Source: Candidatus Woesebacteria bacterium
GTDB lineage: Bacteria; Patescibacteriota; Microgenomatia; UBA8517
Reading direction: 5' to 3'
Assembly: GCA_963716475.1 (NCBI GenBank)
Contig: OY970314.1
Coordinates: 564,790-628,789 of the forward strand
Length of the DNA: 64,000 bases
The position numbers were made by a program, and so were the translations under genes. The notes under the pieces are model-generated. The model made no database searches. It saw nothing but the letters and a program-made list of their open reading frames with translations, and was not told the origin of the DNA. Positions 9,682 to 18,797 of the stretch are shown in pieces (position 1 is the first letter of the stretch; each line of letters begins with the position of its first letter).

Positions 9682-11246
9682 TTCTTTTTTCTAACAATAA
9701 TTGTAACGATAGCAAAAGCACTTAGCAAAGAAATTATATCGAATATTCCCCTAAACAATGTTTCTCTAAAGACAATCTTCACTTCGTGTTGACCTCCCGG
9801 TACGCTAAACTCTATCTGACCGTATGGTTTAGCAGCAGTAACCTGAACACTTTTGCCGTCAACCCAAGCCTGCCATCCCGGGAAATAGTATTTGTAATAA
9901 TCAAAAGTTGTGTCTTTTGTATAACTTACGTTGAAAATTGCATCCATCCCGGGATTTGGAGAAACTTTGTCGGGGCGTACCTCTGTGGCAACCGGAAGCC
10001 GGAGGTATTCTTCCTGCGTTTTTAAATATTCGGCGGATGCGGTGGGATAAGGAATATACCTATTTATATAATATTCATCGGTTCTACCCAAAAAATCCTG
10101 CGGTTTATAGTCAGTAAAATTAAGTGCAATTGCAGCGATTATTATAATAATACCGATGATTTTCCCAAATTTAATCTTGTCAAATACCAACACTAATATT
10201 GAAGTTGCAAACGTAGTTAAACTTAAAAATCTCCAAGGAAACTGAAAATAAGGCAAAAGAGGTACCAAATTCCAAATAAATGTTGATCTGTAATTCATCA
10301 TAAATACCGAGACACCAATCATCACAAGTGCCCAAGCCGTTACTTTATTTAATTTCTTGAAAAACACTATGGCAAGAATAATCAGGGCGATATTGACCGA
10401 TCCTAAAAAGAAACTCATGCCATCGTAAGGCCCGGGAACACTTGCTCCATAGCCAAAATACGGGGTAATCAGCTGTTTTAGTGTCGGAAAGTGATCAATA
10501 AAATTGAAAACAGTGTCATATTTCATCAATTTACTTTCGACAATTGCGGGCAGCCAAAAATACGAACTTAGCGTTAGACCCAAGGCAAATCCGTAAATCG
10601 ACCGCGCTATACCTTTCCACTGCCAAACGGCAAGGAGTACCAAAAACGGAACAAACATATAAGCCATAATGTTGTGTGACAATATGAGTCCGGCCGTTCC
10701 AATTGCCAGAAGTCCTATCCATTTAATTGATTTACCTTTACCAATTTTTGTAATTGCATAGGCAGCCATCGGTGGAAAAATAAATGCCAAGATTTCACCA
10801 ATAGAACCCCTGACATAAATATCGGTCGCCCGGTACGGTGTATAGATATACAAAACCGCGCCGGCAAGAGCTAGAATTCCCCCTGAGTGCTCTCTTAAAA
10901 ATTTGTACATCAGGTACATTGAAAAAGGCACACTCATAAAAAATACAGCCTTAATACAATCGACAAAGTTTAAACCCAACTTATGAAAAATTTCCCCGAT
11001 ATAGAAAGGCAGCGGAAAAACAAAATTAAAAAGCGGATAACCGAAACCAAAACTCAGATCCGGAACAAATCTCGGGGGAAACATACTCAAGCTTAATGTT
11101 CTATTCATTTCGTAAAGCCAGCCGATGTGTAAATCATCACTGGCACCATAAAAGCCATGAACAAAAAGTGCCCAAACCGCGGGAATGGTCAGCACAAGAG
11201 CTATCAAGAATGAATATTTATTTACGAATTTTTCAACTTTTTCCAT
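9678..11246 (-). CDS. YfhO-like polytopic membrane protein (GT-C candidate, family D, copy 1 of 3)
   Basis: 522 aa. N-terminal loop motif ASDDLHIGWLYEM...RFVPDLSFGFGYPLFNF. The C-terminal beta-rich domain ends with GGQHEVKIVF. Copies 2 and 3 have the same architecture. Confidence 0.5.
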   Translation of the reverse strand: MEKVEKFVNKYSFLIALVLTIPAVWALFVHGFYGASDDLHIGWLYEMNRTLSLSMFPPRFVPDLSFGFGYPLFNFVFPLPFYIGEIFHKLGLNFVDCIKAVFFMSVPFSMYLMYKFLREHSGGILALAGAVLYIYTPYRATDIYVRGSIGEILAFIFPPMAAYAITKIGKGKSIKWIGLLAIGTAGLILSHNIMAYMFVPFLVLLAVWQWKGIARSIYGFALGLTLSSYFWLPAIVESKLMKYDTVFNFIDHFPTLKQLITPYFGYGASVPGPYDGMSFFLGSVNIALIILAIVFFKKLNKVTAWALVMIGVSVFMMNYRSTFIWNLVPLLPYFQFPWRFLSLTTFATSILVLVFDKIKFGKIIGIIIIIAAIALNFTDYKPQDFLGRTDEYYINRYIPYPTASAEYLKTQEEYLRLPVATEVRPDKVSPNPGMDAIFNVSYTKDTTFDYYKYYFPGWQAWVDGKSVQVTAAKPYGQIEFSVPGGQHEVKIVFRETLFRGIFDIISLLSAFAIVTIIVRKKK

Positions 11247-12877
11247 AAATAGATTACTAGCAAGAATCCAAAAAGGCTTCCGGCAGACAAAATGTTTGCA
11301 AAAGTTCTTATGGTTGTGTTTTCAAACTCCCCTTTGACATGATACTCTCCTTTTCCCAGATTAATCTCAATCCTTCCCAAAACATTGTTATGAGAGTGAG
11401 AAAATACTTTATCGTTAACAATAACGGTCCAGTTCGGAAAATCGAAAACCGGGACAACTATACTTGAATCCTGTGTAACATTGACATCAAATTCCCATCG
11501 GTCTGACTTATTGACAAAGTTTGTTATAACTCCCGTACCCTGGGCAAAAAACGGAGATGCCGGAGCCGGTTCTCTCGGTTCCAACGCAGTTTTCGGCAAA
11601 TAATCCAAAAGAGCACCGGCCTGCTGATCGATAAAACTTTGCCCTGAAAGTAGCTCCTGATCTGTCAAATTATAATAAAAGTGCTCCGGTCTAAAGTACT
11701 GCCAATTTAAAAGAATCGCCAAAAAAATGATAATAGCTGCAATGATTGGTACCCATTTATCTTTCATTAATGAGACAAAATACGCACCAATCAGACTACC
11801 TGAGAAAATTACGATAGATAAAAACCGCCACGGAAATTGAACATAGGCCAGAATCTTTATAAATTCCCAAATCGGTGCAGATTTGTTATGCGTCATCAAT
11901 AGTGCCAATGCGAACATGGAAAGTAACAATACAAAAAGCGATATATTCTTCCTTTTTTTAGTAATTAATACCCAAATAATGGACACAACTACCAGCCACC
12001 AAAGCGGCCAACCTATTTGATAAGAAAGGGTAATCCGGGATTGAGGTTGAGATCCTGTGTAGTTCCAGGATCTGTCAATAAATAGCTGCGATACTTTGAC
12101 AAACTGAGCCCTGAAGTCTAATTCCGCCCGAGTTAGGGCTTCTGTTTGTACCAAACCCTTTTCGAAAAACGCCGGAAGTGTGAAAAATGCCGCAATTCCA
12201 AAAGCTAACCCAAAACATAACAGAGAAATTTTTAAACCCTTCCATTTTTCTATATACAGCCAATATAATACCCAAACAATAATTAACGGTGTAAAGATTA
12301 GTATCATAATATTGTGCGACACAAAGAATATGAAAGTCGAAATTGTAGCCAAGGCAAAATACTTTTTGTCTCTTATTTTTATCAAACGCAAGTAGAAGAA
12401 AAAGACAAAAGGAATAATAGCAAGCGCAAAACTCTCCCCCACTGCACCCCTAACGTATGAATCTAATGCTCTATACGGAGCAAAAAGAAAAAGAATAGCC
12501 CCCACAAGTCCTGGGGCTTTCCCAAAAAGATCTTTGGCCAAAAAATACATTCCGACTGCTCCAAAAACCAATGGCAAGAAAAACAGAAATTTAGCAGCAC
12601 CAATATAACCCAATACAAAACTGGCAACCGCTCCTACATAGTAGGCAACGGGGCCGTAGAAATTGAAAAGCGGATAACCGTTACCATAGCCCATGTCGGG
12701 AACCCACCTGCAGGGGATTTGTAAATCGGTAAAACATTTCCTCATTTCAAAAATGCGTATTACCTGAAGATTATCTTGATGAGAAAAATATCCCGGAATA
12801 AAAAGCGGCCATATAACCAAGCCGGATAGAGCAAAAATGAATATTAAAGGCCAATTATTTAGAAAGAACTTTTTCAT
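11222..12877 (-). CDS. YfhO-like polytopic membrane protein, family D copy 2
   Basis: 551 aa. Motif HQDNLQVIRIFEM...IPCRWVPDMGYGNGYPLFNFY. The C-terminus ends with GKGEYHVKGEF. Confidence 0.5.
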   Translation of the reverse strand: MKKFFLNNWPLIFIFALSGLVIWPLFIPGYFSHQDNLQVIRIFEMRKCFTDLQIPCRWVPDMGYGNGYPLFNFYGPVAYYVGAVASFVLGYIGAAKFLFFLPLVFGAVGMYFLAKDLFGKAPGLVGAILFLFAPYRALDSYVRGAVGESFALAIIPFVFFFYLRLIKIRDKKYFALATISTFIFFVSHNIMILIFTPLIIVWVLYWLYIEKWKGLKISLLCFGLAFGIAAFFTLPAFFEKGLVQTEALTRAELDFRAQFVKVSQLFIDRSWNYTGSQPQSRITLSYQIGWPLWWLVVVSIIWVLITKKRKNISLFVLLLSMFALALLMTHNKSAPIWEFIKILAYVQFPWRFLSIVIFSGSLIGAYFVSLMKDKWVPIIAAIIIFLAILLNWQYFRPEHFYYNLTDQELLSGQSFIDQQAGALLDYLPKTALEPREPAPASPFFAQGTGVITNFVNKSDRWEFDVNVTQDSSIVVPVFDFPNWTVIVNDKVFSHSHNNVLGRIEINLGKGEYHVKGEFENTTIRTFANILSAGSLFGFLLVIYLWKKLKNS

Positions 12878-14573
12878 TCTGTTTTAACTTTAACGCTAAA
12901 TAAATAATAACTCCAAAGCTTACCAATGTAATAATGTTTCCGATCCTCCTGTCCAATGTGTCGGTTAGTTTTGCTTCTACCATATGTTGACCTACCGATA
13001 AATTAAATGTGATTAGGCCTAAACAATATCTCTCACCGATACAGTCGTTATTTACATGAGGAACGACCTTGCCATCAACCTTGACCTCCATTCCCGGAAA
13101 ATCAAAAAGGGGAAGACGAACTAGAGAATCATTTGAAACCTCAACTACACCAGTTTGAAAATCACTCCCCTTTTTGTATTCCAAAAACTTAACGTTTCCT
13201 TTTAAAACTTCAGGTAAGTCAGGAGCTTTCGAATATGGAGGAAGTGTTGCGTAAATCGGTAAGTAGTCAAAAATGCTGATCGTAAGCTGCTTTTCCCACG
13301 AATCACCGGAAAATTTATCAGCATCAGTAATATTCAGCCACGTCTTGGGAACAAAATAATTAATGGTTAACGCAAAAGAGGCTGATACTAAAATTATTCC
13401 TAATAAATATTTATACTTTCCGGCTAAATAAACCAGAAGCCCGGTAAGTAAACAAAGTAAAAATATTGATACCGCCAAAAACCTCCAAGGAAATTGCATA
13501 TACCATAATATCGGAAGGTGTGCCCAGATAAAACTCGACTTCATATGAATCATAAAGATGCTGGCAAGAGTTACTCCGACTAAACCTAAAATCAAAAGTG
13601 AGATTTTTTTGTATTTTTTGAATCCAATAAGGGCTATAACCGGTGCAATAATTAGACCGGAAATCCACTGGACCATCCCGAGTGACAAATTAAGTTTTTC
13701 ATTTGGAAATCCGGATGAGCCATATCCCCATTCCCTTGAAATAAATAGTTTATACAAACTCACGAAATGCTGACGGTAATCAAAATATCCTGACAAAAGA
13801 CCTTCAGTATGGGTAAACTGCCTCTCCAAAAGAACCGGTAAAACAAAAAAGGCTGAAAGCCCGAATCCTAAAATTCCCCCCCAGACAATTTTCATCAGGT
13901 TCTTCCACTTATTTTGGTAAAGCCAGAATGCTGCCCAAAGGACTGCAACCGGTACAAAAATCATGGTCATTAGTACATGCGTCGTCATGAGGAGGAAAAT
14001 AGAAATGCACATCCATATTAGATACTTTGTTTTACCTGTTTTAATTAATTTATATATCGCCCAAAGGATTAGGGGAAAGAATATTTGTGCCCAAAACTCA
14101 CTCAAAGCACCCCGCACATAAACCTCTACTGCTTTATAGGGAATATAAGTATAGATAAGCGCAGCAACAAGACCTGCCCATTTATCATTCGAAATACTCC
14201 TGACAAGAATATATATAGTTACTGCGGAGAGGATATATCCCAAAATAAAGAGGATTTTTACAGTATCAATATATTGGAAACCAATCCTGTGCAAACCCGC
14301 TCCAAGATAATATGGCAGGGGCGGGTAGAAATTAAACTGCGGATAACCGTACTGATATCCCGCATCCGGCACCCACCTGCAGGGAATTTGAAGATCGGTG
14401 TAACATTTATCCATTTCATAAACCCTGAAGGCCTGCAAATCATCCTGCATCGGGAAAAAACCGGATTTAAAAAGCTTTGAATAAGTCGGGATTGTCAATA
14501 TGACCAAAGCAAAAATAGGTATTAGCCGCCTCCACCAATTGCCGGATTTAGATATTATTTTAAGCATATCCAT
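12855..14573 (-). CDS. YfhO-like polytopic membrane protein, family D copy 3
   Basis: 572 aa. Motif MQDDLQAFRVYEM...IPCRWVPDAGYQYGYPQFNFY. The C-terminus ends with VGQHMVEAKL. Confidence 0.5.
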   Translation of the reverse strand: MDMLKIISKSGNWWRRLIPIFALVILTIPTYSKLFKSGFFPMQDDLQAFRVYEMDKCYTDLQIPCRWVPDAGYQYGYPQFNFYPPLPYYLGAGLHRIGFQYIDTVKILFILGYILSAVTIYILVRSISNDKWAGLVAALIYTYIPYKAVEVYVRGALSEFWAQIFFPLILWAIYKLIKTGKTKYLIWMCISIFLLMTTHVLMTMIFVPVAVLWAAFWLYQNKWKNLMKIVWGGILGFGLSAFFVLPVLLERQFTHTEGLLSGYFDYRQHFVSLYKLFISREWGYGSSGFPNEKLNLSLGMVQWISGLIIAPVIALIGFKKYKKISLLILGLVGVTLASIFMIHMKSSFIWAHLPILWYMQFPWRFLAVSIFLLCLLTGLLVYLAGKYKYLLGIILVSASFALTINYFVPKTWLNITDADKFSGDSWEKQLTISIFDYLPIYATLPPYSKAPDLPEVLKGNVKFLEYKKGSDFQTGVVEVSNDSLVRLPLFDFPGMEVKVDGKVVPHVNNDCIGERYCLGLITFNLSVGQHMVEAKLTDTLDRRIGNIITLVSFGVIIYLALKLKQNEKVLSK

Positions 14574-14576
14574 TTT

Positions 14577-15473
14577 TTAAAATCTGGAAAATATTGCCTC
14601 ATCAGAAATCTTAGCTTCTTTCATCTCTTTACTTCTTTCCCTGATAATAACGTCAACCCTTCCTAGGGCCATTAAAACTACCCTTATATATCCGGGGTGT
14701 TTAGCTAATCTTTTAACCAGACCGACCACGTGCTTTCTGAAAAGATTCGTACTTGTAAGGTCTTTCCAGATAAAAAGAAGCTGATTCCGTTCCAATATTC
14801 TCTGAACATATTTCTTGGGAAAACCGCTTATAGTAGCTTCATGCATGTGCGCAACTTTTGCATCGGGGTCCCAAATAAGTTTATACCCTCTTTTAAGAGC
14901 GCGATAACATAAATCAACATCTTCCCAATAAAAAGGCGATAAAAGTTTTTCATCCATTCCGGTTAGTTCCATCCAAATACTTCTTCTAAAAACCCCACTA
15001 CCCCCACTGACCCAAAAAGTATCATGCGGGGTTGGTGTTTTTGGACCGGTAGAATGCCCAACGAATCCGTCAATAAAGAATCCTCGTGCCCATCCGAGAT
15101 CTCCAATTTCATTTAAGGAAACTGCAAAAACCTTTGGTTCTTGGAAATGTGAAAAAACAGATTCCAAAAAATTGTTTTCCGGCATCACATCAGAATTAAG
15201 AAGACATATCAAATCCCCTTTTGCAGCTCTGACTCCCGTATTTACAGTCGCTGAAAAACCTCTATTTATTTTATGTTTGACTAGCTTTATTTCGGGGAAC
15301 TTTGAAGTAATCATCTTCACACTGTTGTCCCGTGATCCGTCATCTACAACAATAATTTCTTCCATGCAGTTTCCCGGATTACCTTTTGCCAGAAAAAGTG
15401 ACGGCAAATTTTTTTCCAATAATTTTTCGCCATTGAAGTTTGGGATAATCACCGAAACTGTAAAATTATTCAT
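14577..15473 (-). CDS. family 2 glycosyltransferase (GT-A fold)
   Basis: Motifs VSVIIPNFNGEKLL, VVDDGSRDNS and LLNSDV (DxD-type) are present. Confidence 0.8.
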   Translation of the reverse strand: MNNFTVSVIIPNFNGEKLLEKNLPSLFLAKGNPGNCMEEIIVVDDGSRDNSVKMITSKFPEIKLVKHKINRGFSATVNTGVRAAKGDLICLLNSDVMPENNFLESVFSHFQEPKVFAVSLNEIGDLGWARGFFIDGFVGHSTGPKTPTPHDTFWVSGGSGVFRRSIWMELTGMDEKLLSPFYWEDVDLCYRALKRGYKLIWDPDAKVAHMHEATISGFPKKYVQRILERNQLLFIWKDLTSTNLFRKHVVGLVKRLAKHPGYIRVVLMALGRVDVIIRERSKEMKEAKISDEAIFSRF

Positions 15474-16123
15474 TTTCTGACTTTAATTAAATACAGCATT
15501 CCAAGAAGAAACTTCTTATTGATAACTATTTTAAAACCGGTTTTTTTTGAAATCTCAGCCAAATAGTTCCCTCTATAAGTTTGAATATGAGTATCTCTCC
15601 AAACCTTACCTCTCGGATAAAACCTGAGCCACAAAAACCAAACTATCCGGAAAAGCAAACTGTCAGAAGGAACCAAAAAAACAGCATATCCATTTCTATT
15701 CAGAACTCTTTTTACTTCATTCAACACTTTAATGGGATCAAAAACATGCTCCAAAACCTCTAAGGCAAATACTGCATCAAAGCTCTCCGAATTAAACGGA
15801 AGCTTGTGGGCATCCGCAACCATAAATTTCATTTTTCCCGTTTTTCCCCAATGGCTTTCTGCCCAATCCACGGTTTTTTTGACCACGTCTATGCCCACCA
15901 GCTGATCTGCGCCGGAAGCGTCAAGAACAACCTTTGAAAAGGTCCCGTCATTACAGCCTATGTCCAAAATCTTACCTTCTACAGGTTCTGCCACGGCAGA
16001 TACTTCTTCAAATCTTCTTTTGTGCCAAAACCTTTGCAATATATCCACCTTTATCGACTCAAAATACCAATCTTCCGGAACATTTCCGTGAAGCTTTTCT
16101 GCAGTGATCTTGCCATTTTTCAT
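15470..16123 (-). CDS. class I SAM-dependent methyltransferase
   Basis: ILDIGCNDGTFS is the glycine-rich motif I. An acidic motif II and the motif FALEVLEHVFDP follow. Confidence 0.8.
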   Translation of the reverse strand: MKNGKITAEKLHGNVPEDWYFESIKVDILQRFWHKRRFEEVSAVAEPVEGKILDIGCNDGTFSKVVLDASGADQLVGIDVVKKTVDWAESHWGKTGKMKFMVADAHKLPFNSESFDAVFALEVLEHVFDPIKVLNEVKRVLNRNGYAVFLVPSDSLLFRIVWFLWLRFYPRGKVWRDTHIQTYRGNYLAEISKKTGFKIVINKKFLLGMLYLIKVRK

Positions 16124-17154
16124 TTTCGGAGTATATAAAAAACAATATTATTTTCGAATGCTACTTCAGAGTACTTTTCAGCCGATTTTTTAGCGTTAAG
16201 TGCAATTTTATATAGCAATTTAGAATTAGTAACTAAACTCAGTGTCTTTTTAATCAAATTCATCGGTGTATTCCACATCAAACCGTTTTCTCCCTCGGCT
16301 ATTATTTCCTTATGCCCCCCTGCCCCATAAACAATAGGGACTGCTCCGCCCGCCATTGCTTCAACAACCGTTATTCCAAAATGCTCAACTTTTTCTGGAT
16401 TTTTCTCTTCATTTTCCCCAAAACCGGATGCGCTCCAGAAAATTTTGGCTGTTCCGTATAAATCTCTAAGCATTTTGTAACCCGGGCTTTCAATAATTTC
16501 TACAGGATAACCCCTCGCTAGGCTCTTTAACCTTTCGATAAAATTACCAACTCCGATTTCAACTCCCCCAGCCAAAATTAATTTCCAGTCCTTGAGTCCG
16601 CCATCATACATTTTTTTAAAAGTCTTAACTAAAATATCCTGACCCTTGTTTTGCAAAATTTGAGAAAATCTCCCGACAAACAGAATCAAATTTTCCTTTC
16701 TTTTGGATTTAATGCCTAATGTATCAACGGGAGGATAAATTACCAGACTTTCAACACCGTATTCTTTATCTATGATTTTTTTTGTAAAAACAGAGTTACA
16801 AACAATTTTATTTATCCTGAAGAGCTTCATTTTATTTAACAGACTTTTACCGCCAACTCCATGAAAAGGTACCTGGAAATGGAGAACATTCTTTCTCGCC
16901 CTGAGAAGAGGGATACTCCCGTCCGAAACCCAAAAACAAAGATCGTAGCCATCACCTCTTTTAACGTCTTTTACAATATTTACTCCGTCTAAACCAATAC
17001 CAAACCGGGTTCTCAGACTGTCTCTTATCCCGGTATCTTTCCACTGCATATCAACCGCATATCCATTCTTTACAAGAACTTCTGCAAAAACGGCGGTATA
17101 CCTTTCTCCTCCTCCCAAAGTATCTAAGTATGGATTATAAATTGCTGCGCGCAT
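16120..17154 (-). CDS. family 4 glycosyltransferase (GT-B fold)
   Basis: C-terminal EX7E-type motif EHFGITVVEAMAGGAVPIV. The preceding block VGRFSQ...KGQDILVKTF is typical of GT4. Confidence 0.8.
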   Translation of the reverse strand: MRAAIYNPYLDTLGGGERYTAVFAEVLVKNGYAVDMQWKDTGIRDSLRTRFGIGLDGVNIVKDVKRGDGYDLCFWVSDGSIPLLRARKNVLHFQVPFHGVGGKSLLNKMKLFRINKIVCNSVFTKKIIDKEYGVESLVIYPPVDTLGIKSKRKENLILFVGRFSQILQNKGQDILVKTFKKMYDGGLKDWKLILAGGVEIGVGNFIERLKSLARGYPVEIIESPGYKMLRDLYGTAKIFWSASGFGENEEKNPEKVEHFGITVVEAMAGGAVPIVYGAGGHKEIIAEGENGLMWNTPMNLIKKTLSLVTNSKLLYKIALNAKKSAEKYSEVAFENNIVFYILRK

Positions 17155-17158
17155 GTTC

Positions 17159-17917
17159 TTAGACGAGGTCGAAGCCTCGCTTTTTTTGTAGCTCCCAAAG
17201 CTTAGAATAAGTGATTAGCCTGCTAAAAGTTTGATAAATTATTTCTATTACTCCGACAGTTCCATCCAGAAAACCGAGTTTCATAACCCCTCTGTACCAC
17301 GCCTCCCTAAACCCAGCCGTAAAGAATCTGAAAATATTCATTTTCGGGTGTCCCGAAGCATACAATAATTTTGCTTCTATCTCAGACCAGTTGTTTGTCT
17401 TTTCCACCATATCGGACAAATTCCTATGACTTACATGAATTAAGGGTTCTTTCAAATGGCAGATTGTACCGGAAATTTCCGGTTGTTCGTGAAGCTCTCC
17501 TGTCCAACCTTTCAATTTATCCTTTTTAATCAGTCTAACGACAAAGTCCGGCCGCCATCCTCCCCAATGCATTTCATGACCCAGAAATATGTTTTTCCTC
17601 GGAATCGCGTACGCTGCAAATTCATTCGAGGGGATAACCTGAAGAATCATAGCCTTAAGTTTTGTGGTAACTTCTTCGTCACCGTCAATATATAAAAGCC
17701 ATTCGCCTTTTGCCATCTTTGCGCCAAGATTTCGCCAGTCAGCAAAACTTCCTTTTAAGTCTCTTGTCTCTACCTTTACGATTTCGCTAGCCCAGGAAAC
17801 AGAGTCTAAACACTTTTGTAACAGGGTTTTGTCATATTTCCCACCTATTAAAATTATTACTGAAACTCCAGGTAAGAGCGTCATATCAAATCTTAAGTTT
17901 CCTCCGGATCCTGTCAC
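17159..17917 (-). CDS. family 2 glycosyltransferase (WaaE/KdtX-like subgroup)
   Basis: Motifs VSVIILIGGKYD, YIDGDEEV and IPRKNIFLGHEMHWGGWRPD (paralogous to the next gene). It apparently starts at GTG. Confidence 0.7.
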   Translation of the reverse strand: MTGSGGNLRFDMTLLPGVSVIILIGGKYDKTLLQKCLDSVSWASEIVKVETRDLKGSFADWRNLGAKMAKGEWLLYIDGDEEVTTKLKAMILQVIPSNEFAAYAIPRKNIFLGHEMHWGGWRPDFVVRLIKKDKLKGWTGELHEQPEISGTICHLKEPLIHVSHRNLSDMVEKTNNWSEIEAKLLYASGHPKMNIFRFFTAGFREAWYRGVMKLGFLDGTVGVIEIIYQTFSRLITYSKLWELQKKRGFDLV

Positions 17918-18782
17918 CCAAGTTTCCGCTTTCCTTAAAAAGAGCGTCAGATTCCCAGTAGTGGATGTCCTTCTCTTCGTCTCTGATGATAGAAATAACT
18001 TCGCCCAATTTCGGATTCTGCGCGGTAAATTTTTCTTTCTGCCAAACTTTAAGATAAACCGTGAGTTCCGAAAAGGCCTGAAGAAGCGACAATGCTAAAC
18101 CATGCAGTCCGTCCTTATAACCCTCTCCAAAGAAATAGCGGCTTAAAAATTCGTTTGAAGGTCCTATTATCAAATCCTTCCAGGAAAATCTATATCCCTC
18201 TTTAACTTTCAATGCTGCGTGCTCGGTAGAATATCTGCCCATCCGTGTAAGATAGTCGTCAATCGAATCGTAGTTGTGATGAATTATGGCAAATTCCTCC
18301 TTAGCTTCAACTTCTCCACCGGTTCCTTGCGTCATCGGGACCGCATGGATCACTTCGTTCCAGGAGACTGAGCCCTTTTTGAACAGACGGATGTTGTAAT
18401 CCGGCCACCACCGCGAATGTCTCATCCAATATCCAAAAATTATATTTTTTCGCGGGATTCTAAAATAGTCAGCTTTTGGACTTTTTAGAATCCTTTTAAT
18501 CTCTGCTGCAAGCCTATCGGGAACTTCCTCGTCAGCATCCAAAACCATCACCCAGGGATTATTGGCTTTTGAAATAGCAAAATTTCTGGCCGGTTCTACA
18601 TATCCGGTTTTTTCATGAGTAAAAACTTTTGCACCCAAAGATTTTGCGATTTCAACCGTGCGGTCCCCGGACTCCATATCGCAAACAACAACTTCATCAG
18701 CAAAACCTTTGACAGAGGCAAGAGCGCGAGGCAGGCTCTTTTCCTCGTTTAAGGTATTAATAACTACGGTAAGCTTAGGCAC
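17886..18782 (-). CDS. family 2 glycosyltransferase (WaaE/KdtX-like subgroup)
   Basis: Motifs LTVVINTLNEEKSL, VLDADEEV and RIPRKNIIFGYWMRHSRWWPD. It apparently starts at GTG. Confidence 0.75.
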   Translation of the reverse strand: MPKLTVVINTLNEEKSLPRALASVKGFADEVVVCDMESGDRTVEIAKSLGAKVFTHEKTGYVEPARNFAISKANNPWVMVLDADEEVPDRLAAEIKRILKSPKADYFRIPRKNIIFGYWMRHSRWWPDYNIRLFKKGSVSWNEVIHAVPMTQGTGGEVEAKEEFAIIHHNYDSIDDYLTRMGRYSTEHAALKVKEGYRFSWKDLIIGPSNEFLSRYFFGEGYKDGLHGLALSLLQAFSELTVYLKVWQKEKFTAQNPKLGEVISIIRDEEKDIHYWESDALFKESGNLGDRIRRKLKI

Positions 18783-18797
18783 ACCCTATTGTACCAT

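Noticed and set aside
9539-9721. 60-aa ORF at the junction of two GT-C genes
   Set aside because: It overlaps the N-terminus of the 9678..11246 gene and the 3' end of the 8437..9681 gene in another frame. There is no independent support.
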